This document shows, piece after piece, positions 26,001-38,110 of a stretch of 64,000 nt of DNA. The first letter of the stretch is position 1, and each line of letters begins with the position of its first letter. Both the position numbers and the translations under genes were made by a program. Source of the DNA: Bispira polyomma. Lineage: Eukaryota. The DNA lies in the NCBI GenBank assembly GCA_965649765.1, contig OZ287754.1, positions 36,394,001-36,458,000 of the forward strand. The letters are read 5' to 3'. The notes under the pieces were generated by a model. That model worked only from the letters and a program-made list of their open reading frames with translations. It searched no databases and was not told the origin of the DNA.

Positions 26001-27151
26001 AATAGCTGTTACAGAGCACCTAATAGGTGACAGTATGCCATTCTCTTGTGTGATATATAGTTAGATGTAACACAAAAATAGCTGTTACAGAGCACCTAAT
26101 AGGTGACAGTATGCCATTCTCTTGTGTGATATATAGTTAGATATAACACAGCAATAACTGTTACAGAGCACCTAATAGGTGACAGTATGCCATTCTCTTG
26201 TGTGATATATAGTCAGATGTAACACAGCAATAGCTGTTACAGAGCACCTAATAGGTGACAGCATGCCATCCTCTTGTGTGATATATAGTTAGATATAACA
26301 CAGCAATAGCTGTTACAGAGCACCTAATAGGTGACAGCATGCCATCCTCTTGTGTGATATATAGTTAGATGTAACACAGCAATAGCTGTTACAGAGCACC
26401 TAATAGGTGACAGTATGCCATTCTCTTGTGTGATATATAGTTAGATGTAACACAAAAATAGCTGTTACAGAGCACCTAATAGGTGACAGTATGCCATTCT
26501 CTTGTGTGATATATAGTTAGATATAACACAGCAATAACTGTTACAGAGCACCTAATAGGTGACAGTATGCCATTCTCTTGTGTGATATATAGTCAGATGT
26601 AACACAGCAATAGCTGTTACAGAGCACCTAATTGGTGACAGTGTGCTTAACTTTAGTTGATATTGGAGCATGTCTGGGTGAGATGTGAACAGACACACTT
26701 ATCTTCTTAGCGGTGCTATATAACAGCGCTATTGCTATGATATATATAACTTTTGGGTTGATATTGGTTTTAAACTCTTCAGTGTTATTGGTAGGAGTGT
26801 GTTATATTTATTTTTTTGGAAAGTTCAAAGCTTCAAGATACATTATAATGTAAACCATATGTATATATTTTGGTTTTTAGAATTTCAAATTTAAATAAAA
26901 ATTTCCTATAAAATATGCTTCACAAATACAATGTCAAAGTAAAGAACTTAAACTGTTTGTTCACTTTCAATCTACTTATTTGGCCTATAGCTAGATGTAC
27001 ACTACTATTGATGTAATATCTGCACAATGTACACTACTAGAGATGTAATGTCTGTACAATGTACACTATTTCTTTCTGCAGGTGTCAGTTCTACATGAGG
27101 AATCTTGAGGTTGATGACAAGTTCATTAAGATTACTAATGAACTGAGTTAG
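23061..27151 (+). CDS. Secreted cysteine-rich protein with a divergent IGFBP-like N-domain and a follistatin/Kazal-like C-domain (174 aa)
   Basis: Exons 23061-23246, 24618-24717, 25142-25310, 27082-27151 (intron phases 0,1,2; 525 nt). Signal peptide MKTALFATLLLSAAVWWTGMA. IGFBP-like ...YCYCLCGKTLGKECNTEGTCAKCLIC...GVC. Kazal-like ..CSDEYINGFSAKNSQGDVETFQNECQFY. 5'-UTR acceptor at 23014; AATAAA at 27384. Confidence 0.8.
25555..26642. repeat. 76-bp intronic minisatellite (~14 copies)
   Basis: Unit 'agagcacctaataggtgacag(c/t)atgccat(c/t)ctcttgtgtgatatatagttagat(a/g)taacacagcaatagctgttac'; period 76 (25861 to 25937). Confidence 0.97.
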
Positions 27152-27829
27152 ACAGCGATACTACAGTGTGGACATATCGAACCTAGCGAGATCGATCCTG
27201 CAAAATGACTATACAGATGATGGAGACATATATGTATATATATGTATATATATGTAGAGAGAGGTGGTTGGCTGTATGTAATCCAAGTACAAGTAAATAT
27301 TCATAAATCGTCATGAAAGTAGCCATAATATTATGACAACAATTGCATTTGTTTAAGTAATGTGATTATTTTTGGGAAGTTTAAATAAAATTGTTTACTG
27401 TACCAATTGTTATAGATTTCTTCTGTGCACTCATACAAGATATTATTGAATTTACCCGGTGCACACACAAACATACATAGTACATGTACAATTATATATA
27501 TAACATAGATTTTGAGCGGTCAGGTTGTGTTTGCTGGTGGAACAATAGTGTGCTTCAAAATATATTTAATATTAAGGATATTTATCTTTTAATATAACAA
27601 CATTCTTTTCTGCCAATACTGTATGCTGCTACACAGGTAATATATAATGATAATCATGATTACCAACCAGCTAATAACAAGGGCAAATGGACATGTAATT
27701 AGCTGACAGTAACATCACCTTGTAGGGTTATCATGTTGGAATGACCTCATTTCAATCATTATGGCTGTTGGTCTGACAGAATGACCTGATGTGACACTTC
27801 ACAAAGAGAAATGTATTTGTTCAGATTTA

Positions 27830-28020
27830 TACTAAGCGCATTTGTCTACCTTCATCTGGCAATCAGAGCGCTAAGTGACACTTTCCTGACTTGTAACAGG
27901 CAACTGCCTCAGTTACTGTAATCCATCTAAATAAAGAGAGAGGCTTGAGGATGACCATTTTATGAATGTCCCCATGGATGTTTATGCTGTCACTGGGGAT
28001 AGGACCCAGTTACAGAGGAC
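27830..28020 (-). mobile_element. Degenerate SINE remnant (Meta-domain-like)
   Basis: 'aactgcc...gagagaggc...tttatgaatgtccccatgga..ggggataggaccc' resembles the reverse strand of tRNA-derived metazoan SINEs; heavily decayed. Confidence 0.3.
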
Positions 28021-28049
28021 CGCCATTTTAAGTGGTCATCCCAGCCACT

Positions 28050-28170
28050 AGGCAAACGTGTGTATACATCTTGCCCAAGGATGTTATCCTACCAATGAAA
28101 GTAGCGACCGGTACCGGGAATAGAACCCAGGACCTTCTGATCATAAGACCAACACTAGGCTACATGGGAC
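28050..28170 (-). mobile_element. tRNA-derived SINE remnant
   Basis: Minus strand: gtagcctagtg (A-box-like)...aggtcctgggttctattcccgg (B-box-like), followed by 'tccttgggcaagat', typical of a SINE body. Confidence 0.55.
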
Positions 28171-28405
28171 CACAATTGTATGTGGGAAATACTTTGACTG
28201 TCACCTTGTCATTAGTGAAGTTACATTGGATTCAAATAGAACAAAATATTTAGTGAAAACCCCAACCCTTATTATTTATTACTATGAAGGGCATGGGGCC
28301 ATCTTATTCCAAACATATGCCAACACTTGACACCAGTCCGAATCCCACCATGGTTTTCTAGTATGTGTGTCAGGTAGGACCCACCATGAGTCACCGATTT
28401 ACTTT

Positions 28406-28611
28406 ATAGATAAACACCAAGTACCACTACATTATGTAAACTTAATGGAGTACGAGGGCCAACATTTTGAAATTAAATTAAGAATGTTTCTTAAAATATT
28501 CACTTTATATAATGGTAGAAAACGCTAACACTACATTATTATCTAATGCAACATTATTAGAAAATAATGTTGTTGCAGTTCAATGGCAATGCATATAGCT
28601 TGGGTTTTATA
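28406..28611. mobile_element. MITE of the same family as 11657-11924
   Basis: Ends atagataaacaccaag / cttgggttttata. It interrupts one copy of a local duplicated unit (ccaccatgagtcac...ttta|agtacaa) at a TA. Confidence 0.65.
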
Positions 28612-29156
28612 GTACAATATATGTCTATGTAATACTTGTTTCTAGAGTGTGTCAAGTATGGCCACCATGAGTCACAGCTTTAAAGTACAACATATGTGTA
28701 TGTAGTACTGGTTTCTAACCACCAATAATCTGGTCTGATCTGCCCTCCTACCTGGATCCATTACAAAATGCATATTACAATGGCATATGCTCTAAATGTT
28801 TTTGTAAATCAGTTCTGATCAGTAGTTTTCGTGTAATCCTGGTGACAAACGACAAAACATCCCAGACGAAAATCTTTGGCGAAAATGATAAACTCCAAAA
28901 ACAAATACCCACACTCTATTCTTCTACTGTTTCAAGCTACCCATTCGAATTTGTCATTTGACTATTGCCAACATTTAGTACAGACACTAAACACGATTTT
29001 ATGACCAACTGAAAACATAATGTTGTAGTGAAATATGTCTTATTTACCGTCGGTACAAACTGTTGATACAGTTCCCTCGGAATGCACGGTAGGTGAATAA
29101 TTATTACCCAGAATGCCTTGTTGTAAATAGAGATCACTATGTGGAAGTTATTAAAA

Positions 29157-29644
29157 TGGTGATTCCACATTGCCGATTTGGTTCCTGACCTTTCTGATTT
29201 TGAGGTCCGGGCCGAGTTTGTATAGGTTAGGGGGAGAAAACGGGGTGGTCTGGAAGGTCGGGAAGGATATCAAACATGTTTAATAGTCCCCCGACTTACC
29301 CCCGGACCTCTAAAAACAGGAAGGTTGGCATTGGCAAATAAGTTCGATCTTACGTTCTGTCTGATAGTTCGTATCTCACTCCAGGCTTGTCCGTTAAAAC
29401 ATATTGGTCAGGAGGCGACAACGGGACTATCATGGCTGTGGGCAAGAATATAAAGGTTATAAAGCCCATTTTGTCAGGTTTTTTTTGCATGATAGTCCCG
29501 ACTTTGATTTTAGACGTTCGATCCTTATGGTTGGAAATATGGATCTGTCAGATCGTATTGCTGATACATTCGATCCTAGGGCAATACGTGAGATCCTATC
29601 GCCAGTAATTTTTGCCGATCAAACTTGAATGTGTAACCACCACC
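29157..29644. mobile_element. Non-autonomous DNA transposon, probably PIF/Harbinger-type MITE
   Basis: Imperfect TIRs tggtgattccacatt / aatgtgtaaccacca around a GC/CpG-richer interior with cgat/ccga subterminal motifs. No clean TSD. Confidence 0.45.
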
Positions 29645-30109
29645 AGAACCAATGGTTCTCATGAACAACGTTATATCACAAACAGTATATTACATGATTA
29701 CATAATAATATGAATGAAATAAAACTACATTTTTCTGTAACTTTATTTTATTATTTTTTCTGTCCAATTGCAAGCTGTTCATCTTTTAGATGAAATGGAT
29801 TAGATAAAGCAGAGCTACTATATATATGCAGTCTTAATACAGTGTCAAATATAATGAATAAATTATGAGACCAAATGTTTTAACTGTAGAGCCATTTAAC
29901 TAAAATCTACTTGATGATGTCCACCACAAATCAGTCCACATCACTGAGAACTCAGACATCTTCTTGTTCCCTCTTTTCCTTTTCTGCTGCTTGCAAGAAG
30001 TTTTGTAAAGAATGGTATCCAACTGTTGTTAAACACGAAATACAAAAACTCATCAAACATATAAAAAATTAAATTTGTATGTGAATATATATATATATAC
30101 ATATAAGAA

Positions 30110-30630
30110 GTAGTGAGACCATCAGGAAAACAAACAAATCCCCTAACACTCGACCATGAAGTCAAACCTGAAACAATCAGGTAAACAAACAAATCCCCCA
30201 CCACTTGGCCATGGAGTCACACCTAGGACCATGGTTAAACAGACGAACACCCTACCACATGGAGTCAAACCTGGTACTATAAGGTAAACTGACAAACACC
30301 CTACCACTCTGCCATGGAGTCAAACTTGAGTCCATCAGGTAAACAGACAAATACCCTACCACTTGGCCAGAGTCAAACTTGGGACCATCAGGTAAACAAA
30401 CAAACACCCTACCACTCTGCCATGGAGTCATACCTGGGACCATAGTTAAACAGACAAAGACCCAACCACTCGACCATGGAGTCAAACCTAGGACCATCAG
30501 GTCAAGAGACAAAGACTCTACCACTCGAACGTACACCTGTGACCATAAGTAAACAAACACCCTATCACTCGGCCACGGAGTCAAACCTGAGGCCATCAGA
30601 TCAACAGATAAACACTCTACCACTCAGCCT
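30110..30630 (-). repeat. ~54-bp tandem array of a tRNA-like (A-box/B-box) unit, ~9-10 copies
   Basis: Minus-strand unit ~ 'tggcc(g/a)agtggtagggtgtttgtctgtttacctgatggtcccaggtttgactcca'. The plus-strand motif gagtca recurs at 30317, 30370, 30425, 30479. Confidence 0.8.
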
Positions 30631-32274
30631 TGGTAGACACAAACATTTATATAATATATGAATGTGTAAAAATTAACACGTACAATTATTAAAGCCAAAA
30701 TGGCCAGAAGCGAAGACAATGTATCTAGTGAAATTGTAAAACTAGAACAACACGGATCTAATCGGAAATATAATGGATTTTTTCTGAATCCATTCTTCAT
30801 TCCTCTACTAAAATTCATTTAATTGAGTTTAGTAGTTCCCATTTAATCCTGGTGACAAACCAATCAATCCAACTAACAAACAAAATTGATCGAAAATAAC
30901 ATCCATGTGTGCTGTAGGGGCATTGCTGGCAACTCGCCTCTCATGTCAAGAGTAGATTTGGTGAAGGCTGATAGTTTATTGTACAGAAACCTTTGACCAA
31001 CTACCCTGAACCTCTTTCCTCCACTGATAAACTGTCCATTACGATACAACACAGAGTTGTTGAAAGCGATATTAAACTGTAAATTAATTAAGCAACCCTT
31101 GGCAGAGGTAATAAATGACATTTGATTCCAGCTCATATCTCAAGTTTTCTACCTTTAAAATCCATGAAGTGTAGGAATGAGTTGAGGAGCCTCAACGTCT
31201 CCATTTTATCCCCCCATTTGGGATAGGCCTGAAAGGTGTCTGCTAATTCTGGATATTCTACACTCCTCTCATTTTGGACTTCTACGGATCTCTTGGAACC
31301 ATTGTGTCCCATGACTAAAGAATAAAATATAACTTGTAACACTAAATTGAAATATCAAGTCGGGTTTTACCAACTACACTTTAACCAGAGATACATAGTA
31401 CTTAGACTTGAGATTATTGGTGCATAATTAGAAACACTAAATCAATTTTGCTCAATTACTAGATAACACTTAATCTCCTTACATGTCTTGTTTAGCCAAA
31501 ACATTGTTGCTTGCCTATGACACGGCATGAGTAATGCTTGTGTGTTTAACATTCATCATGTGTGGACATAACTATTATGGATATCTTGTGAACATTTCGT
31601 ATTTTATTATTTAGTAAAACTATCAGCTATTACCAAATATTATCCAAATAATTAGCAATTGGTATCTGACCATTTATAACACGACTAATGTAAACCACAT
31701 TCAGAATGGCCAAAGTTGTTGGGCCACAACTATTGTGCCAGCAGTGTCACCAGTACAGATGCTATGAAATAAAGATGGAAGTGGAATTATTTTCTTAACT
31801 CTACATTCCCTGGCCATCGAGTTCAATTTGACATTCTACAGTCAGAAATATTTTTGGCTTTTTTATTTTAATATTTCATTACAATTCGATGCTTTCTTAT
31901 ATTTCACAACTGTCATTCAGAGATGTTGTGGTAATATGATACGTTTTACCCCTTCTTGGGATGTAAATCATGTTATGATTACCCCCTGTTAACAGTGACA
32001 AGGTTTGTTAATCTATTGATGCTATGTATTGAGCCATTTTTTGTTATCCATTTGTTTGTTTGGAGGTCGTGGCCTATCACATCACTTAATACGGTACTTT
32101 GTGGTATCAGTTTGAACTAGGTGTTGGTTAGCAATTGATCATTGGACCAATTTTACACAATCCGGTGGTTTTAGCTAATCCTCTGTTGATTTTATGATTT
32201 AAAATGTGTGCATTTATGACCAACTTCAACATTTTTGAGAGGTTTTCCAGGCTACGGTAGATTGACCCTTCGCC

Positions 32275-33305
32275 TTGGAGCAGTGTATCACCATATTGCT
32301 ACTTAATATAGAGCTATAATGCCTGTATACAGCTTTGTATCACCATATTGCTACTTACTTTAGAGCTTTGATCTCTGTATAGAGCTCTGTATTGCCATAT
32401 TGCTACTTACAGCAGAGCTATAACGTCTGTATAGAGCTCTGTATTACCGTATTAATACTTACAGTAGAGCTATGATCTCTGTATAGAGCTCTGTATTACC
32501 ATATTACTACTTACTTTATAACTATAATTTCTGTATAGAGGACAGTATTACCATATTACTACTTATTGTAAAGCTATAATGTCTGTATAGAGCTCTGTAT
32601 TACCATATTACTACCTAAAGTAGAGCTATAATTTCTGTCTGCATAGAGCAGTGTATCACCATATTGCTACTTACAGTAGAGCTATAATGTCTGTATAGAG
32701 CTCTATATTACCATATTGCTATTTACAGTAGAGCTATGATCTCTGTATAGAGCTCTGTATTACCATATTACTACTTACAGTAGAGCTATAATGTCTGTAT
32801 ACAGCTTGTATTACCATATTACTACTTACAGTAGAGCTATAATGTCTGTATAGAGCTTTGCATAAGCATATTACTACCTACTTTAGAGCTATAACGTCTG
32901 TGTAGAGCTTTGTATTACCATATTGCTACTTATTCTAGAGCTATAATGTCTGTATAGAGCTTTGCGTTAGCATATTACTACTTACTTTAGAGCTATAATG
33001 TCTGTATAGAGCTTTGTATTACCATATTGCTACTTACTGTAGAGCTATAATCTCTGTATAGAGCTCTGCATTAGCCTATTACTACTTACTGCAAAGCTAT
33101 AATGTCTGTATAGAGCTCTGCATTAGCATATTACTACTTACTGCATAGCTATAATGTCTGTATAGAGCTTTGCATTAGCAAATTACTACTTACTGTAGAG
33201 CTATAATGTCTGAAAAGAGCTCTGTATTATCGTATTACTACTTACTGTAGAGCTATAATGTCTGTATATAGCTTTGTATTACCATATTGCTACTTACTGT
33301 AGAGC
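32275..33305. repeat. 52-bp minisatellite (~19-20 copies)
   Basis: Unit 'agagctataatgtctgtatagagctctgtattaccatattactacttacagt'; period 52 (32678 to 32730). Confidence 0.95.
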
Positions 33306-36300
33306 CAGGCTCCTGGGCTAGGTCCAGACTTGGTCTTAATCCTGTGTTCTGGAGTTCTTCTTTCTGGCTCGGGCAGCATCCGATCTGTTAAATATTGGAT
33401 ATGTTAAATCTTTTAAAATAGAAAAAAACTGACACAGCATACATATTTATTTGGTCAGTTAATATAAGTTTTCGCAGATACCAAGTTTTAAAAATTAAAT
33501 TAAAATCTGCTGACATTAGCTTAAGCTTTAGAGACCTGTGTCCTGATACTGTTTGACACATATTCTAGTATCTAGAGGAGTATTTTACGGCAACTCAACT
33601 TGTTATACACATAAGGTGGGCATTTAAGACACATTAAAGCCTGTAAATCAATCCACAATGTCATAACTGTAGTGAATGAAAGTAAAGCTTAGAGTGGTCG
33701 AGAGGTGACCTTAGTGAACAAAAACATTAGTATTACATCAGATATATTTAGTAATCCTTATAATAAGACATTTTTGAATTTTTACTTTTAAAGTTTCCTA
33801 TTTTATTCCTATCCTAGTTTACATTTGACTAATCCATTTTGGAATAATAAATGAATCAGTGCCTGAAACATGTGATTTGAATGACATTCATTTTATAATT
33901 TTGCTAACTCCCATTTTGTAACAATCATTTGCTTACCAAGTTTTCCACCAAAATCCACGAGTCCACTATTCTGTAACAAAATGCAAACAAGAAGTGACAC
34001 AAATGTCAGAATGATCAATCAGATGAGTCTCACGTAAAACTGCAAGAATTTATAATATCTCACAGCATCTCCTTAAAGTTAAGGCTACTATAACATAAAG
34101 TTAACCTCATTGCAGAGACTAAGTACAAACAAATTATTAAAGTTTAACTTTATTTATAAAAACTTTCAAGCTTTTCTTTAAAAAAGGGTGGCTAGTAGTT
34201 GATACAAGTATTTACCCTTGTAATTGCAATGTATGTTATGGTGTCATTTGTTTTAAAAGATCCATTTGACTATATTAATGTTCAAGCATATGTAATTGCA
34301 TATCCTAATACCCATAAACAAGTTAACAAATACATCATATATATATATATAGTCGGTGTATGGAATATTGAGGACGTAAGAAAGTGCATAGTAGCTGACT
34401 AAAATTGACGATACCTTACAAAACATATGCATAATATGCCCATCGGTTTATATTGCTTTTGATTAATTATCGCAATACAATACTTTGTTTTACATATTTA
34501 AAACATATTTAGAACAAATGCTCTGACTTTACCTTTTATAAACATAACTAATAGAACTATATTTCTGGAAGAACATATAGGCATACGCATTGCCAATGCT
34601 TTAATAATCCTTTAAATAATAATGTACAAATGTTTGTATGATAAGAAGGATTTCAAATAGTAGAAAAGAGATATGTATCAGCCAGATTCAAGCACTTTAC
34701 ATCCCAGGCCCAACTGAACATATCACCCTTATATTATCGGGTTTTCAGGCACTTTATCCCAATATATTTTCAGATGCCAAAAACCCAATTGGATTTGTTG
34801 TTTGAATTTACAAGAATGAACAGGTTCTAACCGCCAACTCAATAAAGTCAATGAATGCTTGTCTTGCCTATTTACTTACCCAGCTTGGAGCGCAGCATCC
34901 TTTCCATATTTGATACATAAATATCATAAAAATGCTACCTAGGCATATTAATTTCATATTTGCAATATTTCTGTTTAAGTTTTATTTACTCTCTTTAGTG
35001 TTGATTTTCTAACCTCCAAAGAGAAATTTTATCAGATTGGAAGTCTGTCAACGTTCTACTGCCTTTAATCTCCGTTTGAGCTTAATCACAACTAATTATT
35101 CTCACTAGAAACCAGATTCCTTTATAGGCAGATGACACTACCCTTTTAGCTTCATTAAAAAGAGGGGAGACTATTGTGTGATACAAAAAAAATAGTGAAG
35201 CATTTTCGTCACTTTGCTTTGTGTACATTTGTATATATAGGGGGCGGGAACTGTGTAGATGACAAAACTACTGGGATAATTACATCCGGGCTTTCTATGG
35301 CAGTGCAGACAATCTGGGGGTTAAGAGAGGTAAATTAGTAGTCAATTGGCAAGTTTAGTTTTGATGATCTACTTGAGGGTGTTCCAAACTGTCTGTGCTC
35401 ACCTGATGCCCTTTTATTTAACCTCCATGACACAGACTCTATAAAACACCAGATCACTCATATGTATTATCACTGTAACTATTCATCGTCAACTGTATGA
35501 GTTAATACAATTGCTGATGAAACCTTAGTTATTCCTCATTTAACTACTTCATAATATAGTATTTACAAACAGGAGACATGGACACTCTATTGATGAGGAT
35601 ATTATTAGGGATACAAGTCTAGTTTGAGATTTACTTAACATCTTAAGCTTTACTTGCACCCAGAAAAAAAATCTTAAATTAGATTTTTCAATTTACGTGA
35701 TCACTTAACTCGCCCAGGCCTAGGCATTCAAGAGATAAGTGTCATTGACTGCAATGAGCGTCTTTTATCAGCAATAAAAGTGTCCACCCACACCCTTTGG
35801 ATTATTTTTTGTCATATATAAATAAATAAAACCATTTACTTCTGCGACTCTATATTTATCCACGCCCTGTAAGGTTGAGGTAATGTGTGCTCTGTGTATA
35901 ATAATTGTGGCTTTTTGACAGGAGATAAATTATACAGACACAAGCAAAATGCACGGGTTTGAGGAATAAGTCCGAGATTTGTTGGGTTTTAGTTGAATTT
36001 TTTTTTAATTTTGCTGTTAACATGGTAATTTTGGAATATCTACATGGTGGGTGTACACTTCACAATCAGTTCATGGATTTTTTTCAAATACAGTCAAACA
36101 CTACAACAATTTATCTTTAATAGCATGCAAGTATTTGATTTGTAAAAGCTATAGTTCTGAGAAATAAATCTTTGATGTCTTATATTTTCATGAATATCTT
36201 GCATTAACTTTTCCGGGTTTTGCATATGAAGAAGCCGATTATTTAGTAATAACTCAGCAATTACTGAAGCTAAAACAATAATGAAAATATGGTCAGAAAG

Positions 36301-36883
36301 CTTAGTGTGCTTTTGTTGCATGAAATTTGCATGAAGATATTTAAGTTTAAATTCGGGTATCCCTCTTTTTTGCTGGTTTGTGGACTGCAGCTGAAGTGGG
36401 AAATTTTACGTGGCATGGTGTGACTGGAAAACATTACTTGAATTAGAAATAAATATAACCGATACCATATATTTGTAATCTAAATTGAATGCGTGCATTA
36501 TGACAAGCATCAGGTGTCAGTTTCCCCAAGTTGGGTTCAATAAAACCACTCATTAAGCCACCTTTGGCAGTAAATTTCCCGCCAAGAATTATTTACCTGC
36601 CCAAGAATAAACAATCTTGTCCTCATTATGGGGAAAAGCATTGAAGGAACAACAACTGAAAAAGGAACTACACTCCTTTTTGGAAGCCATTTTAACTTTA
36701 CATACAATCACAGGATATTTACTTACAAGATTTTATATAACTACAACATTTTAAAAGGAAAGACGCTATAATAACTATAAGTGCTTTTAATAGAAAGGAC
36801 GTTATATAATAAGTGTAGTAAATAGTGAAGTGGTGTTCTGTTACAAGTGCAACATCGGCAGTCTCGGCCTTGTGTAAGTCAGC

Positions 36884-38110
36884 ATGGGGCCTAAACAGAC
36901 CAGTAAGCAGCACAATACCAGAAGTAGGAATAGGGAGGTGTGTTACAAATGCAAGGCCAGTCATCGGTGGCCAGTAGGAGATCTCTGTACCAGGGAAGGA
37001 CCTCCCGACCAGACCCTGTCTTCTTCTGGGTCGGACAACCCGGATCAGTCTAATGCACCGGGTACATCTAGCCAACCACAGGATCTACAGGTGACACACA
37101 ACTCTGCAGCTGCAGGGGGGGATGAGTCATGAAACCAGTCAGTCAAGGCGAAGAAGAAACGCGTCGGCAATGCAGAGGTAGTAGCAAAGTTAGATTTATT
37201 TATGAGCAAATTGGCAAACCTGGAAGAGCGTGTGGCTCGACAGGAAGAACGCCGGGACACTGAATTGTCCCTCTCGACCCGGCCGTCAGCTCACAGCTCG
37301 CCCAAACGGAAAAGCACTGGTGAGAGGTCCGAAGGACGAGGACAGTCGGGCAAGGCTACCAAGCTGCCTACACTGGACTTCCTGTGGGGAAATACCACTA
37401 TTCAGGACGAAGTTGACAGAAGGTTAAGACAATATCAGGACGTATTCAGGGAAGACCTCACAGGTATTTTCATTAATAAAAAAACACTTAAGTCAGGGAG
37501 ATTACGTGTAGGGGATCAGAAGGTCAAGATTTCTGTTCCCTGGCTACATGAGCACTGTATGCTCAACGAAAACATGAAAATGCCTACATATGAAGACCTA
37601 ACACTGTGTCAGTGGGTTCAGGGCTATGCTCGTTGCGTGTTAGAGGAATCCGATGAGGAAGTGAGAAAGAACATGCTGCAGTACCAGTATTTACTGATGC
37701 AGGACGCTATTGATCTGTCCTGGGCTACGGCCAAAAGAGCACATGCAGCAGTGCTGTCCGAAATAGAAAGAGGAAATGTTACGTGGGAGGACACTGGGGA
37801 AATTGATCGGATCCGTCAGCGCTTTACGCAGAGGACCCTGAAAGGGGCTAGCTCGTCCATCTACAGTGGCTCGACTAAGGACCAGTCTCAGAACAGTAAG
37901 GTAACTGTGTGTCAAAAGTATGCAAAAGGGGTTTGTAAATTTGTAGGAGATCACTTTGAGGGGGGTAAAATGTTAAAACATTCTTGTGGCTATTGCTACA
38001 AAGCTGTCCATAAGAACTACGACCACCCCGAGGTAAAATGCAACAGAAAAGTAAAAGAAAGTGGCTCAAAGAGCCGTGATAATGGGGACAGGGCTGAACT
38101 GCGGGTTTAG
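36884..38110 (+). pseudogene. ORF1 gag-like protein with one in-frame TGA (37130-37132)
   Basis: The 82-aa ORF and 302-aa ORF share a frame (37202-36884=318) and the intervening codons are open. N-terminal CYKCKASH...DLC knuckle, coiled coil, KSGR.R.G motif, C-terminal CQKY.KG.C...H / H.CGYC...H...C zinc fingers. Confidence 0.8.

Noticed and set aside
30252-30661. ORFs over the 54-bp array, and 47462-47738 and 13478-13861 over other minisatellites, as genes
   Set aside because: They arise from repeat periodicity; no splice context or domain signal.
35865-35885. ctgtaaggt match to the reverse complement of 42070-42078 as an extended left end or ICR partner
   Set aside because: Only 9 bp and it does not extend; expected by chance.
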